A stretch of 64,000 nt of DNA from IMG/VR virus record IMGVR_UViG_3300023175_000005, positions 186,001-250,000 of that record. The stretch is one strand, 5' to 3'. Below are positions 55,352-64,000 of the stretch, piece after piece. Both the position numbers and the translations under genes were made by a program. The notes under the pieces are model-generated. The model was not told the origin of the DNA. It ran no database searches and saw only the letters and a list, made by a program, of their open reading frames with translations. Positions within the stretch are counted from its first letter, which is position 1; the number at the start of each line of letters is the position of its first letter.

Positions 55352-56067
55352 TATAATCTTTCTACTACTAGTGTATGTCCCTCGTTTTCAAAAGTTAAAG
55401 TTTTAGATCCATATTTCATAATATTATAATCACCGATATATTTTGTTAAAAACAAAATTTCTGCATAATCATTCATATTTACTTTTTCGTTAATACTTTC
55501 TTGTATTTGCTGACTTGGACCAAAGTCTTTGATAGCAAAACCTATTGGATCTGCATATGCTTTTTTGAGAATTAGATCTTCGTATTCATCTAAGTCACAT
55601 TCTTCTAAATAACTTTTGTTAAAAAAGTTTTTAAAATTATTCATATTTGCTTCATTAACAGTTGCTTCGTATGCTTCATTATCTGCTGGAATAGTTGCTG
55701 CCAAACTTTCTAGTGTTGCAGGCTCGCTTTGAAATCCTTTGTAGTATCTATATCTAAAATTTGTTCCTGTAAGTTTGCCTACACCATCTAGCATCTCAAC
55801 AATCTGTTCAGGTACATCTGAGTTTCTTTCCATCTCTACATATACTCTGTACATTCCGTCGCTTTGCTCGCCTGCTGTAACATCTGCATCTAATACAAAG
55901 CCGTAACCTTTTTCAATAAAATTAACTAAGTCTTCACCGATTGCTTTTTCATTTACTGAAAAACTTACTACAACGATCTCCGAATCACTGCCCATTTTAC
56001 TTTTGTAAGCATCTACTTCAAATACTGGATAAATCATATCTTTTAAATCATTTGCTTCTAATGTCAT
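55351..56067 (-). CDS. Hypothetical protein
   Basis: 238 aa, coupled. Confidence 0.65.
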   Translation of the reverse strand: MTLEANDLKDMIYPVFEVDAYKSKMGSDSEIVVVSFSVNEKAIGEDLVNFIEKGYGFVLDADVTAGEQSDGMYRVYVEMERNSDVPEQIVEMLDGVGKLTGTNFRYRYYKGFQSEPATLESLAATIPADNEAYEATVNEANMNNFKNFFNKSYLEECDLDEYEDLILKKAYADPIGFAIKDFGPSQQIQESINEKVNMNDYAEILFLTKYIGDYNIMKYGSKTLTFENEGHTLVVERL

Positions 56068-56597
56068 ACTTCTGTATCCAATGTCTCATCTGGCGCAGGT
56101 GCTGCGGCTTGTTGTACTTGTGCTTGTTGTTGCTGTAATTGTTCATCTGGTTGTGCTTCTGGTTCTAAATTTTCAGCACTTGCAGCATAAAAATCCATTA
56201 ACATTTTTTTAGGTACTGCAATCTCTACAACCCAAATAGGGTTTCTATCTAATTTACCAAATTTTGTGCCAGGACGTAAATCTTCTTTCTTTGTAACTTT
56301 GCGTGGTTTTAGCAAAGACATTTTTTGATAGTTAACTTTGCAATCATAATCAAGAAGTCTCTTTGCACCCATTGGATCTGGCATTGTTTCTCTTGGCCAC
56401 ATAAACTTTGCAGTCACCCAATGCCTGTCAATATTAGGTCCTTCAGCAAGTTCACCGTCGCTCCAATTTTTGTAAACATATAGATCTAGTTCGTCTATAA
56501 TACGCTCAAAGTCTTTTAGCACATTGAATGCTGTGTTACTTTCGTACATGTTTTCAATGTTCTTAATTACATCAATTTCATCTAGGATATTGGCCAT
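56064..56597 (-). CDS. Hypothetical protein
   Basis: 177 aa; composite promoter 56619-56646. Confidence 0.65.
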   Translation of the reverse strand: MANILDEIDVIKNIENMYESNTAFNVLKDFERIIDELDLYVYKNWSDGELAEGPNIDRHWVTAKFMWPRETMPDPMGAKRLLDYDCKVNYQKMSLLKPRKVTKKEDLRPGTKFGKLDRNPIWVVEIAVPKKMLMDFYAASAENLEPEAQPDEQLQQQQAQVQQAAAPAPDETLDTEV

Positions 56598-56618
56598 TAA
56601 AAAAATCCTTTTTTGTTA

Positions 56619-56658
56619 ATAGTATTTAGTCGATTTCGATTGTCAAAAGGTTAAATAC
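56619..56658. promoter_or_regulatory. Divergent promoter pair
   Basis: Minus: TTGACA-N16-TACTAT overlapping TAAATAC; plus: TAAATAC at 56652-56658. Confidence 0.65.
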
Positions 56659-56717
56659 TGTTGCAGGGAATGCTTCCTGCGTTGGAACATTCCCATTATC
56701 CATACAAGGAGGACTAC

Positions 56718-57440
56718 ATGGGTGCTAAAAGGGCCAAACGGCACAACATTTCAAACGGCAATAATATTGTAAAACTTAATTCATTCCTTCCAAAAAAACA
56801 AAAAACAGTAAATATTCTACCTAGAAATTACAATCAAGAAAATTACGTTATCAAACTACTTGACTCTGATAAGAGTATTGTATTTGGTATTGGACCTGCA
56901 GGTACAGGTAAAACTCTACTTGCTTGTCAAGTAGCAGTTAAGAAATTTCTTGAAGGAGAAGTAGAAAAAATTATTGTTACTCGTCCAGCAGTAAGTGCAG
57001 ATGAAGATATTGGATTCTTACCAGGTACACTAGAACAAAAAATGGCACCTTGGACAAGACCTATTTTTGATGTATTTAGAGACTATTTTTATGCTAACGA
57101 GATCGAAGGCATGATTGCAGAAGGTGTGATTGAAATTTCTCCATTAGCATATATGCGTGGTAGAACTTTCAAGGACAGTTTCATCATTGCTGATGAAATG
57201 CAAAACGCAACCCCAAACCAGATGAAAATGCTACTAACAAGAATTGGTACTGGTAGCAAAATGGTGGTAACTGGAGATCTTAATCAAGCAGATAGGTTAA
57301 AAGAAAATGGATTAATTGAATTTACTAAATTACTATCCAAGCATAACAGTCATAGGATAGACATTGTAAATTTTGTCAGCAAGGACATCGAACGGCATCA
57401 AGCGGTAAAAGAAGTTTTACAAGTATACGGCGAAGTCTAA
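56718..57440 (+). CDS. phoH: PhoH-like ATPase
   Basis: GPAGTGKT, GFLPG, YMRGRTF, DEMQN, GDLNQAD; SD AAGGAGG before ATG 56718. Confidence 0.92.
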   Translation: MGAKRAKRHNISNGNNIVKLNSFLPKKQKTVNILPRNYNQENYVIKLLDSDKSIVFGIGPAGTGKTLLACQVAVKKFLEGEVEKIIVTRPAVSADEDIGFLPGTLEQKMAPWTRPIFDVFRDYFYANEIEGMIAEGVIEISPLAYMRGRTFKDSFIIADEMQNATPNQMKMLLTRIGTGSKMVVTGDLNQADRLKENGLIEFTKLLSKHNSHRIDIVNFVSKDIERHQAVKEVLQVYGEV

Positions 57441-57447
57441 ACATTCA

Positions 57448-57476
57448 GTAAGGGCTATTGAGCCCTTACACTTTTA
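57448..57476 (+). terminator. Terminator-like hairpin after phoH
   Basis: GTAAGGGCT-ATTG-AGCCCTTAC 9-bp stem then ACTTTT. Confidence 0.6.
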
Positions 57477-57727
57477 AATACAGGTGCTCCTAAGGGGTGC
57501 TGGTACTTATTTTCGTCTTGTTTTAACAAGTACATTAGATACTCATTTTCAGTATAAATGAGTTTCCAACTTTTCTCTTTGATTGGCGGTCGACCCATTG
57601 CGTCATAATAAATTTCACCAACGTGATACTTTTTAAACCATATACGTTTTTTACTCCAACTACTGCGTACAGGCCACCATGCGTAGTATTCATTCCACTC
57701 TATGTCTACTTCAATTGTTGCTGGCAT
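57455..57727 (-). CDS. Hypothetical protein
   Basis: AWWPVR...IWFKKY. Confidence 0.55.
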   Translation of the reverse strand: MPATIEVDIEWNEYYAWWPVRSSWSKKRIWFKKYHVGEIYYDAMGRPPIKEKSWKLIYTENEYLMYLLKQDENKYQHPLGAPVFKSVRAQ

Positions 57728-58590
57728 TATATTATTTCACCCGCCCTTTGTCCTTTCGGCCCAATTATTTCATTTTGATGCCAATGTAAATTTTGATTTA
57801 TTTTTCCTGGATCTATATCCATATACTTTTTTACCAGTCCTATGGTTTTATCATGCACGCCTTTTACATATTCTTTTGTGGTTTCTTTCATTTGGTAGTC
57901 AAAAGTTTCTGTTAAAAATTTATAATGCTCACCAGGCAAAGGGTGAGTATCCCAAAATAAATCATGAATATGTTTTTTATTCCAATTCACTTTCCAAGTA
58001 AGATTATCTCTCCACAATGTATCGTAAAAACTTTTTCTCATCTCTTGTAATGCTGGTTTATAAAATCTAAGAAATTTATTATCGACTTTAAGTCTTTGGT
58101 CCATTCCAAGATGTGCTGTTTCATGCTGTTGATCAAACCATCTAGACAAATCTAACATTTGCAAAAAATGTACATTTGTTTTTAACTTTAACATTTCATG
58201 AACAGGTTGAATATATGCCATGTCACGTAGTAATAAATCTGTTTGATCAATTTTCTTCAAATATTTGCGACTGTAATTTTCGTTGTTAAAAATATTACCA
58301 TTTAAATGCCACCTATCTTCTGTTGAATCATATCTATCTATTCTTGCAACATTAGTCCAACACACTATTACTAAATCATTTTTTGTAAATTTATGTTTTA
58401 CATCGGCCATACCAACTCTAGTGGCAATAAATCTATTGCCAGCTCCGGATGCAGCATAATTATAAAAAGGAACTTGTAGGTCTAGGGCAAGAATATTTGC
58501 CCAAGTCATCCAGCAGTATTCTGTGAAACTACAACCAAATACAAAAAGTCTTTCTGGTTTATTTTTGTATAACTTAATTCTCTTCGCCAT
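57727..58590 (-). CDS. SGNH/GDSL-like hydrolase
   Basis: FGCSFTEY; ASGAGN; DTHPLP. Confidence 0.55.
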   Translation of the reverse strand: MAKRIKLYKNKPERLFVFGCSFTEYCWMTWANILALDLQVPFYNYAASGAGNRFIATRVGMADVKHKFTKNDLVIVCWTNVARIDRYDSTEDRWHLNGNIFNNENYSRKYLKKIDQTDLLLRDMAYIQPVHEMLKLKTNVHFLQMLDLSRWFDQQHETAHLGMDQRLKVDNKFLRFYKPALQEMRKSFYDTLWRDNLTWKVNWNKKHIHDLFWDTHPLPGEHYKFLTETFDYQMKETTKEYVKGVHDKTIGLVKKYMDIDPGKINQNLHWHQNEIIGPKGQRAGEII

Positions 58591-59269
58591 ATGTTACTGC
58601 TAGTGGAAAAATTTCTGCTATAACTTTTGCACATTCATGTGCAATATCCATGTGTTCTTTTTGTGTACCATTTGCACCACGTAATTCAATGTAGTGTACC
58701 CAACTACGTAAAGTACCGTTCATATATAAACGTGTTTTGGTAAGTCCTTCTGGCAACACTTTGCGAGCAACTTCTTTAGCAATACCTTGTTTAATTGCCC
58801 AGTCATATGCTTTACCTGCTGTAAAACAAACATCTTGCTGTAGTTCTTCCCATTTTGTAACAAGTTCAGCAGCACCTTCTTGCCCTAGATCGATTTCAAT
58901 AGAGTTTTGCCTATTTTTATGATCCTGTAAACGGGCTTCACTTGTAATAAAAATCTCGCCCATTTCACCCGGCTCGGCATAACGTTGTGAGAACTCTTGG
59001 AATGCAAAACTACGATGACGCACAATTTGATGTGCAATATCACGTGTAGTATCAATCTCCATACACACGTTTACCATTTCGAGCGGGCTCCAGTGTGCAT
59101 GTTTAATAAGATATTTTACAAGTTTTTCACTTGTTTCTGAATTCATTTGATTAGCAGGATTTGAAACCCTTGCACAAAATGCTACAAGATCTAATAAATC
59201 ATTGTCAGCAATGCCTTCGTTTACAAATTCTTCTGTTGGTTTAGTGTAACTTACTAAGCGAACGGCCAT
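58574..59269 (-). CDS. thyX: Flavin-dependent thymidylate synthase
   Basis: HWSPLE, RHRSFAFQEFSQRY ThyX motif, TQKEH. Confidence 0.93.
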   Translation of the reverse strand: MAVRLVSYTKPTEEFVNEGIADNDLLDLVAFCARVSNPANQMNSETSEKLVKYLIKHAHWSPLEMVNVCMEIDTTRDIAHQIVRHRSFAFQEFSQRYAEPGEMGEIFITSEARLQDHKNRQNSIEIDLGQEGAAELVTKWEELQQDVCFTAGKAYDWAIKQGIAKEVARKVLPEGLTKTRLYMNGTLRSWVHYIELRGANGTQKEHMDIAHECAKVIAEIFPLAVTYGEEN

Positions 59270-59439
59270 CCCGTTATTTCTCCTTTTAAATTAGAAAGTC
59301 TTTGACTCAAGAAACTTATTGTTGTGTTAATGTGTCCTGTGTCATGGGGTTGTAGTAATGTTTTGTAATATTCTATTTCTTCTTCTAGTACGTTTATACG
59401 TACAATATCATTTATCAGTTTTTTATTTTTAGTCACCAC
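59254..59439 (-). CDS. Hypothetical protein
   Basis: 61 aa, HDTGHI.T.I..L. Confidence 0.5.
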   Translation of the reverse strand: MVTKNKKLINDIVRINVLEEEIEYYKTLLQPHDTGHINTTISFLSQRLSNLKGEITGWPFA

Positions 59440-59770
59440 GGCCGGGCTCCTCTGAAAAATATTGCATTTTATTTTCTACGCCTTCCCATTCCTTTGCATC
59501 TGATGGAACATCTTCTGGACGCATTTCTGTAATATTTGGCCACACTTCACTCCATTTTCTATTGAAGTCTACCCACTGTTCTGTGCCCTCTACTGTGTCT
59601 GGTAAAATTGCATCAGCAGGACACTCTGGTTCGCATACACCACAGTCAATGCATTCATCAGGGTGAATAACCAACATGTTCTCACCTTCATAAAAACAAT
59701 CCACAGGACACACTTCTACACAATCCATGTGTTTACACCTAATACAGGCGTCATTTACAATATAAGTCAT
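59429..59770 (-). CDS. fdxA: 7Fe ferredoxin (FdxA-like)
   Basis: [21 protein letters not shown]...[14 protein letters not shown]. Confidence 0.92.
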   Translation of the reverse strand: MTYIVNDACIRCKHMDCVEVCPVDCFYEGENMLVIHPDECIDCGVCEPECPADAILPDTVEGTEQWVDFNRKWSEVWPNITEMRPEDVPSDAKEWEGVENKMQYFSEEPGRGD

Positions 59771-60681
59771 AATGATCCTAATCTGATTAATGTTGCTGCA
59801 AGGTTAATTTCTGGATCAACAACTAGCGTATGATCTACTAAACCTTGCTTAATAATTAGCACTGCTTTGTCTTGTTGTTCCTCATCTCCGAACAATTCTA
59901 TATTGTCATAAAGCCAACGATAGATTTCTTCCATTTCTTCTGCTCGCACAGTACCACATAATAATTTACGTGCATCTTGAATCTTACCTGCTTTGAACAG
60001 TTCTACCATATCCAGTTTCCAGTCTGCTTCACCTGAGTCACCTTCTGTTGGTGAAACAAGTTTACCGTCTACACTATTCATTTGCACCATGTTGATACAT
60101 TTGCGCAAGTCTGGATATGTTGCTTTTACATATGTATCAAGTGTATCCAAGTCTGGAGTTACGCCTTCAGTAATTAGAATTTGGGCAACTCTTGCTGTAA
60201 ACTCAGTTTGATCAATTTTTGCAATATGAAAACCTTGACATCTACTATGTATTGCTGGAATGATCCTATTTGGATAATTACAAGTAAGAATAAAACGTGC
60301 AGTTGTATGATATTCTTCCATAACGCCACGTAATGCTGCTTGTGCGTTTGGCGACAAGTAATCAGCCTCATCTAGTAACACAACCTTGAAGTCACCAAAT
60401 GGAATCATTTGCACAAACGCAACAATCTTGTCTCGCACATCATCTACTGAGTTTGTGCGACTTGCGTTGATTTCTAATATGTCTAATGGATTTACATCAA
60501 GTTCATTAAAAAGTAATTTAGCAAGAGTAGTTTTACCAATGCCAGCATTGCCACTAAAAAGCAAATGCGGAATAGTTTTATCTTTGATCCATGTTTTAAC
60601 TTGGTTTCTTTGTGCGTCATCTCTAAATACATAACCGTCCACTGTGTTTGGACGATACTTCTCTACCCATAGTTCTTTCAT
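59767..60681 (-). CDS. Clamp loader AAA+ subunit (gp44/RFC-like)
   Basis: [23 protein letters not shown]. Confidence 0.9.
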   Translation of the reverse strand: MKELWVEKYRPNTVDGYVFRDDAQRNQVKTWIKDKTIPHLLFSGNAGIGKTTLAKLLFNELDVNPLDILEINASRTNSVDDVRDKIVAFVQMIPFGDFKVVLLDEADYLSPNAQAALRGVMEEYHTTARFILTCNYPNRIIPAIHSRCQGFHIAKIDQTEFTARVAQILITEGVTPDLDTLDTYVKATYPDLRKCINMVQMNSVDGKLVSPTEGDSGEADWKLDMVELFKAGKIQDARKLLCGTVRAEEMEEIYRWLYDNIELFGDEEQQDKAVLIIKQGLVDHTLVVDPEINLAATLIRLGSL

Positions 60682-60872
60682 TCTTCTTCCTGTTCCCAAT
60701 AGCGACTATACTTACTTGCTACATCTAACATACTATCTGGATATCCATTTTCTGTCAAGTATTTTCTAAATTCCATATCATTGCCTATACACTTTTTCGG
60801 AATAGGTTTAGGAAAGCCGTAGCGCCAACCGCTAGGTGGATCAAACATTATAACTTTCATTTTGTTAACCAT
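60678..60872 (-). CDS. Small hypothetical protein
   Basis: DPPSGWRYGFPK; ATGA coupling to clamp loader. Confidence 0.55.
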   Translation of the reverse strand: MVNKMKVIMFDPPSGWRYGFPKPIPKKCIGNDMEFRKYLTENGYPDSMLDVASKYSRYWEQEEE

Positions 60873-61651
60873 CCTGCGTCTTCCAATCCAGGTATCAACC
60901 ATTCTTTTACAAGATGTTCGTAACATTCATCAGACAAATGGTCGCCATCACTTAAAGCTTTATTACCATATTCTCTTATGTAATATTCTTGTGCTCCTTG
61001 TGGAATATCTAAATAATGTGCAGATTCCATTCCTCCTAAACTTTCTTTAAGAGATGTATCTTTCAGCCTTCTGTACTCCCAAAGCAAAACATTAATATCT
61101 AACTGCTCTGCTAGTTCTAATGTCCAATATATTTTTTCTAGTGTCCAAAAGTTCCAACTATGCATGTCTTCCATAACTTTGAATTTAACATAAGGCATTA
61201 GCCAATCTTTTTTAATACCAGGTATAGTTATATCCCAAACAGGATCTGTTTCTGATGGATCTCTATAACATGCAATGCTTTTTGTAATTTTCCTTAGTTC
61301 ATGAGGATCGGTTGCAATCTTGTATAGATCTTCTGTATCTAAACAATCATATTTCAACAAGTCATCATAAACGTCTTCATTATCTGGCATTCTTGATATA
61401 ATTTGACTACGGTCACTACACATTTCAAGCACAACTGTATCAATACCAAGTTTGGCTGCTCGTATAATCGATTTGTGATATTCTTCGCTGCCTCTTCCTG
61501 GTATAGCAAAGTTATGCACTTCTACATCTGCATGTTTTTCAAACCATTTATCGATAGGCTGACAATGCTCTCCAACATTGTCTAGTAACGGATTTGTAAT
61601 TTTATGACTTCCGCTACTATAACTGCTACCAATGATTCCTAATCTTAACAT
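60857..61651 (-). CDS. SGNH-like hydrolase
   Basis: IGSSYSSG; AIPGRG; DGDHLS. Confidence 0.45.
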   Translation of the reverse strand: MLRLGIIGSSYSSGSHKITNPLLDNVGEHCQPIDKWFEKHADVEVHNFAIPGRGSEEYHKSIIRAAKLGIDTVVLEMCSDRSQIISRMPDNEDVYDDLLKYDCLDTEDLYKIATDPHELRKITKSIACYRDPSETDPVWDITIPGIKKDWLMPYVKFKVMEDMHSWNFWTLEKIYWTLELAEQLDINVLLWEYRRLKDTSLKESLGGMESAHYLDIPQGAQEYYIREYGNKALSDGDHLSDECYEHLVKEWLIPGLEDAGWLTK

Positions 61652-62166
61652 AGTCCAAGTTCCTTGTATGCCATTTGCACACCTTTTGCTTGAAAATATG
61701 CATCTGCAAGTGCATTGTGTAAATCACTTTGCATTGCTTTGCGTGGATCTACTTTACAACAAGCAAACAATGTTCTGCTGTCACGCACTTGCCAAAATTG
61801 CCATGGAATAGGCTTGCCACGCTGTCGTAACATATCTTCAATAATAGTAATGTCAAAGCCATAACCATGACCCCAAAGCACATCAACACCTACCATCCAT
61901 TTGGGCAAACTGTCTAAGAATACGTCAACATGTTCACGCCCTTCTGCACCGAACGCTTCTTCTTGTACTTTAGGATCTTGTTGTCCCCACCATGCGATTG
62001 TATCATCGCTTACTGCACGATCTTGCGTATCTAAATCTAGTTTATAGTAAAACTCTCCATAAGGTTCGCTATTGCTTTTTGGATCGAACTTTACACCCCC
62101 GACTGTAAGGACTGCTGCTTGAGGTGTAGTGTGCAGTGTTTCTAAGTCGATCATTGCATGGATCAT
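61645..62166 (-). CDS. DEDD 3'-5' exonuclease (DUF5051/Rv2179c-like)
   Basis: MIDLETL, GFDITI, RDSRT, HNALADA. Confidence 0.8.
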   Translation of the reverse strand: MIHAMIDLETLHTTPQAAVLTVGGVKFDPKSNSEPYGEFYYKLDLDTQDRAVSDDTIAWWGQQDPKVQEEAFGAEGREHVDVFLDSLPKWMVGVDVLWGHGYGFDITIIEDMLRQRGKPIPWQFWQVRDSRTLFACCKVDPRKAMQSDLHNALADAYFQAKGVQMAYKELGLC

Positions 62167-62167
62167 T

Positions 62168-62758
62168 TTATTCCTCGCTGTTAGTAATAAGATTATAAAT
62201 TTGCTGCCAGTTTTCAACCACAGTCACATCTGCTTCGACAAAGTCTAGATTATAGTCGTGTTGTATCAAAATAGGCTTGTGGCCTGCATAAAGTCCTGCC
62301 ATTGCATTTTCAGGCTTATCTTCAATCCACCAATGACTATGTTCATAGGCTTTTAAATACTCATCTTTGTCTGCACCAGTTGCTATACATTGCACTCTAC
62401 GCATTGCGCCTCTGCCAAACCAATGTTCTAAGTTCATTTCTCGTAATCGTGCAGCATAAGGATCATCTGACAAACTAGTGATACATTCAAAATGCCAACC
62501 TTCTGATACTAGTTTATGTACCCAATCTACAGCATCACGCAAAGGATTTAAATATCCAATCCATGCACTGTTATTAAAAATTCCTACTAGATGATCAGCA
62601 GTGTGTTGTTCAATACCATATTTGATTGACATTTTATATTGGGCTGGTGCTGCAATTTCATATCCTCGTGCAGACATCCAACGTTCAAATGCTTCTTCCC
62701 AATTAAGAAAAACACCATCAACATCTGCTAGGATCTTGCGATCCTTGTTATAATTCAT
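62168..62758 (-). CDS. HAD-family 5'-nucleotidase-like protein
   Basis: ADVDGVFLNW, CITS, WIEDK. Confidence 0.7.
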   Translation of the reverse strand: MNYNKDRKILADVDGVFLNWEEAFERWMSARGYEIAAPAQYKMSIKYGIEQHTADHLVGIFNNSAWIGYLNPLRDAVDWVHKLVSEGWHFECITSLSDDPYAARLREMNLEHWFGRGAMRRVQCIATGADKDEYLKAYEHSHWWIEDKPENAMAGLYAGHKPILIQHDYNLDFVEADVTVVENWQQIYNLITNSEE

Positions 62759-62786
62759 AGTTGAACCTCGTTGTTAATTATGCTTA

Positions 62787-62815
62787 AACATAACACAAAA
62801 CGTACACGATGTCAA
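62787..62815 (-). promoter_or_regulatory. Sigma70-type promoter
   Basis: TTGACA-N17-TATGTT. Confidence 0.65.
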
Positions 62816-62820
62816 GTAAA

Positions 62821-63504
62821 TTATTCTCTATTACCTAATAGTGCTAATAAGAATTGGAACAAGTTCACAAAGTCAAGATATAAACTCAATGCCATTTGGA
62901 CACCATATTTGTCTGCAACTTCCATATTAGGAGCAGAAAGAAATAAATTTTTTGCTGTTTGCGTATCCCATGCTGTCATACCGACAAAAATTAGTACACC
63001 GATAATACTAATTGCAAATGCAAATGCTGAACTTGCTAGAAAGATGTTTACAATACTAGCAATAATAATGCCAATTAATCCTACAATAAGAAAACTACCC
63101 ATTGCGGTTAGATCACGTTTAGTTGTATATCCATATAAACTTGCTGCTGCAAATGTTGCACTTGTAATAAAAAATACCTGTGCAATACTTGTCATTGTAT
63201 ATACAACAAATATTGTACTCATACTAATTCCCATTACTGCTGTAAATGCGTAATAGAATCTTGTGATGCCTTGTAGTGTCCAATTGCCGCCTGCAAAACT
63301 ATAATATAAAATCATACCTAGCGGCGCAAACATAACCACAAGACCTAATAATCCAGTTGGAATAAATCCTGTTGTGTAACATAGATATGCAACAAATCCA
63401 CTTACTGCTAATCCTAGAGCAGTGTGATTGTACATATTAATCATAAATTTACGCAAGCCTTCATCATAAGCTCGACTTGCAACATTAGCAGTTCTTGCTA
63501 CCAT
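62821..63504 (-). CDS. Bax inhibitor-1/YccA family membrane protein
   Basis: Seven TM segments; YGYTTKRDL, AWDTQ, ALSLYLDFVNLF. Confidence 0.9.
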   Translation of the reverse strand: MVARTANVASRAYDEGLRKFMINMYNHTALGLAVSGFVAYLCYTTGFIPTGLLGLVVMFAPLGMILYYSFAGGNWTLQGITRFYYAFTAVMGISMSTIFVVYTMTSIAQVFFITSATFAAASLYGYTTKRDLTAMGSFLIVGLIGIIIASIVNIFLASSAFAFAISIIGVLIFVGMTAWDTQTAKNLFLSAPNMEVADKYGVQMALSLYLDFVNLFQFLLALLGNRE

Positions 63505-63505
63505 A

Positions 63506-63865
63506 TTAGTCTCCTATAAACTGTGCAAGTTCTGGAGCCTTCCAACCTTCTGGCTTCAGTACCTTGCCATCTTCACGTTTACGAACTTTGCCAGTGTCTG
63601 GATCGATCTTAGCAAAGTTTGTATCCATTACTTCTTTCCAAGCACCTTCTCCGTCCCAACCTGCGGCACGGATAGCACCCATAGTAACAACTAGAATATC
63701 AACTAGTGCGTCAAGTTGTTCTACCTTATCGTTGTCTATAATGGCTTCTTCCAGTTCGTCTGTTTCTTCTCGAATTAGATCAAGATACATTTTGTAGTTT
63801 GCTTCATTAGGCTCTTGATCACACGCTGAGCCAAAGCGTTCAATATCTGCGAATGGGTTTGTCAT
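63506..63865 (-). CDS. MazG/PRA-PH-like nucleotide pyrophosphohydrolase
   Basis: LIREE.DEL, DALVDI, SN..K...DGKVLKP. Confidence 0.7.
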   Translation of the reverse strand: MTNPFADIERFGSACDQEPNEANYKMYLDLIREETDELEEAIIDNDKVEQLDALVDILVVTMGAIRAAGWDGEGAWKEVMDTNFAKIDPDTGKVRKREDGKVLKPEGWKAPELAQFIGD

Positions 63866-63999
63866 TATGCCCCCACAAAATTTGATGGGTCTATAGTTGT
63901 TGATTCGCCATTCGCATATTCGTCACCAATGTAAACATCATTTGGCTTTTCATTACTATACCCTATAATACATTCTTGATCAATCATTCTTAGTTCTAT
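63865..63999 (-). CDS. Partial ORF (C-terminus; possibly GroES-like)
   Basis: Open frame from window end, TAATG coupling; IELRMIDQECIIG..EKP. Confidence 0.35.
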   Translation of the reverse strand: MELRMIDQECIIGYSNEKPNDVYIGDEYANGESTTIDPSNFVGA

Positions 64000-64000
64000 T

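Noticed and set aside
1-64000. Stop-codon reassignment
   Set aside because: TAA, TAG and TGA all end genes at coupled junctions, and conserved genes are full length in code 11
1-64000. CRISPR array, tRNA or rRNA genes
   Set aside because: No regularly spaced repeats; intergenic gaps are short and explained by promoters, terminators or sORFs; no cloverleaf recognised by eye (tRNAscan not run)

Overview
64 kb segment of a large, AT-rich, T4-like (myovirus-type) bacteriophage genome, standard genetic code. Almost all genes are on the minus strand, except a plus-strand operon at the left end (1-4834) and phoH. The host is probably an alphaproteobacterium (inferred from the FdxA ferredoxin, YccA/BI-1 and GapR/DsbA-like genes). 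Contents left to right: (1) an enzyme/transport island (QueC-like PP-loop, radical SAM, TctA + TctC-like transporter, GNAT, 2OG-Fe(II) hydroxylase) converging on an ATP-grasp ligase and an alpha/beta hydrolase; (2) a repeat-rich tail-fibre-like gene whose SD is locked in a 15-bp hairpin with a late promoter in the loop; (3) a MoxR ATPase/VWA pair, RNase H, a DNA methyltransferase, a ParB-like gene and a PD-(D/E)xK-like gene; (4) a 7-deazaguanine DNA-modification cluster (queE, folE, queD, dpdA/TGT-like) interleaved with PRTase, glycosyltransferase, NDP-sugar epimerase, eukaryote-type phosphomannomutase and cytidylyltransferase, plus sliding clamp and family-B DNA polymerase; (5) tandem radical SAM/SPASM genes, GT10-like, ATE/Bpt-like and DUF1415-like genes; (6) probable capsid-packaged internal (poly)proteins with CTS-like N-termini, and tiny unannotated Cys-rich ORFs; (7) ClpA-PDF-DnaJ; (8) a lysis cassette (GH19 endolysin, overlapping spanins, NlpC/P60 lipoprotein, lipase); (9) phoH, thyX, ferredoxin, clamp loader, exonuclease, nucleotidase, BI-1. 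Sigma70-type (TTGACA-N16/17-TATAAT-like) and late (TAAATA) promoters recur, including four apparently leaderless late genes. No tRNA, rRNA, CRISPR array, intron or intein was recognised. All assignments come from motif reading by eye; no database searches were run.
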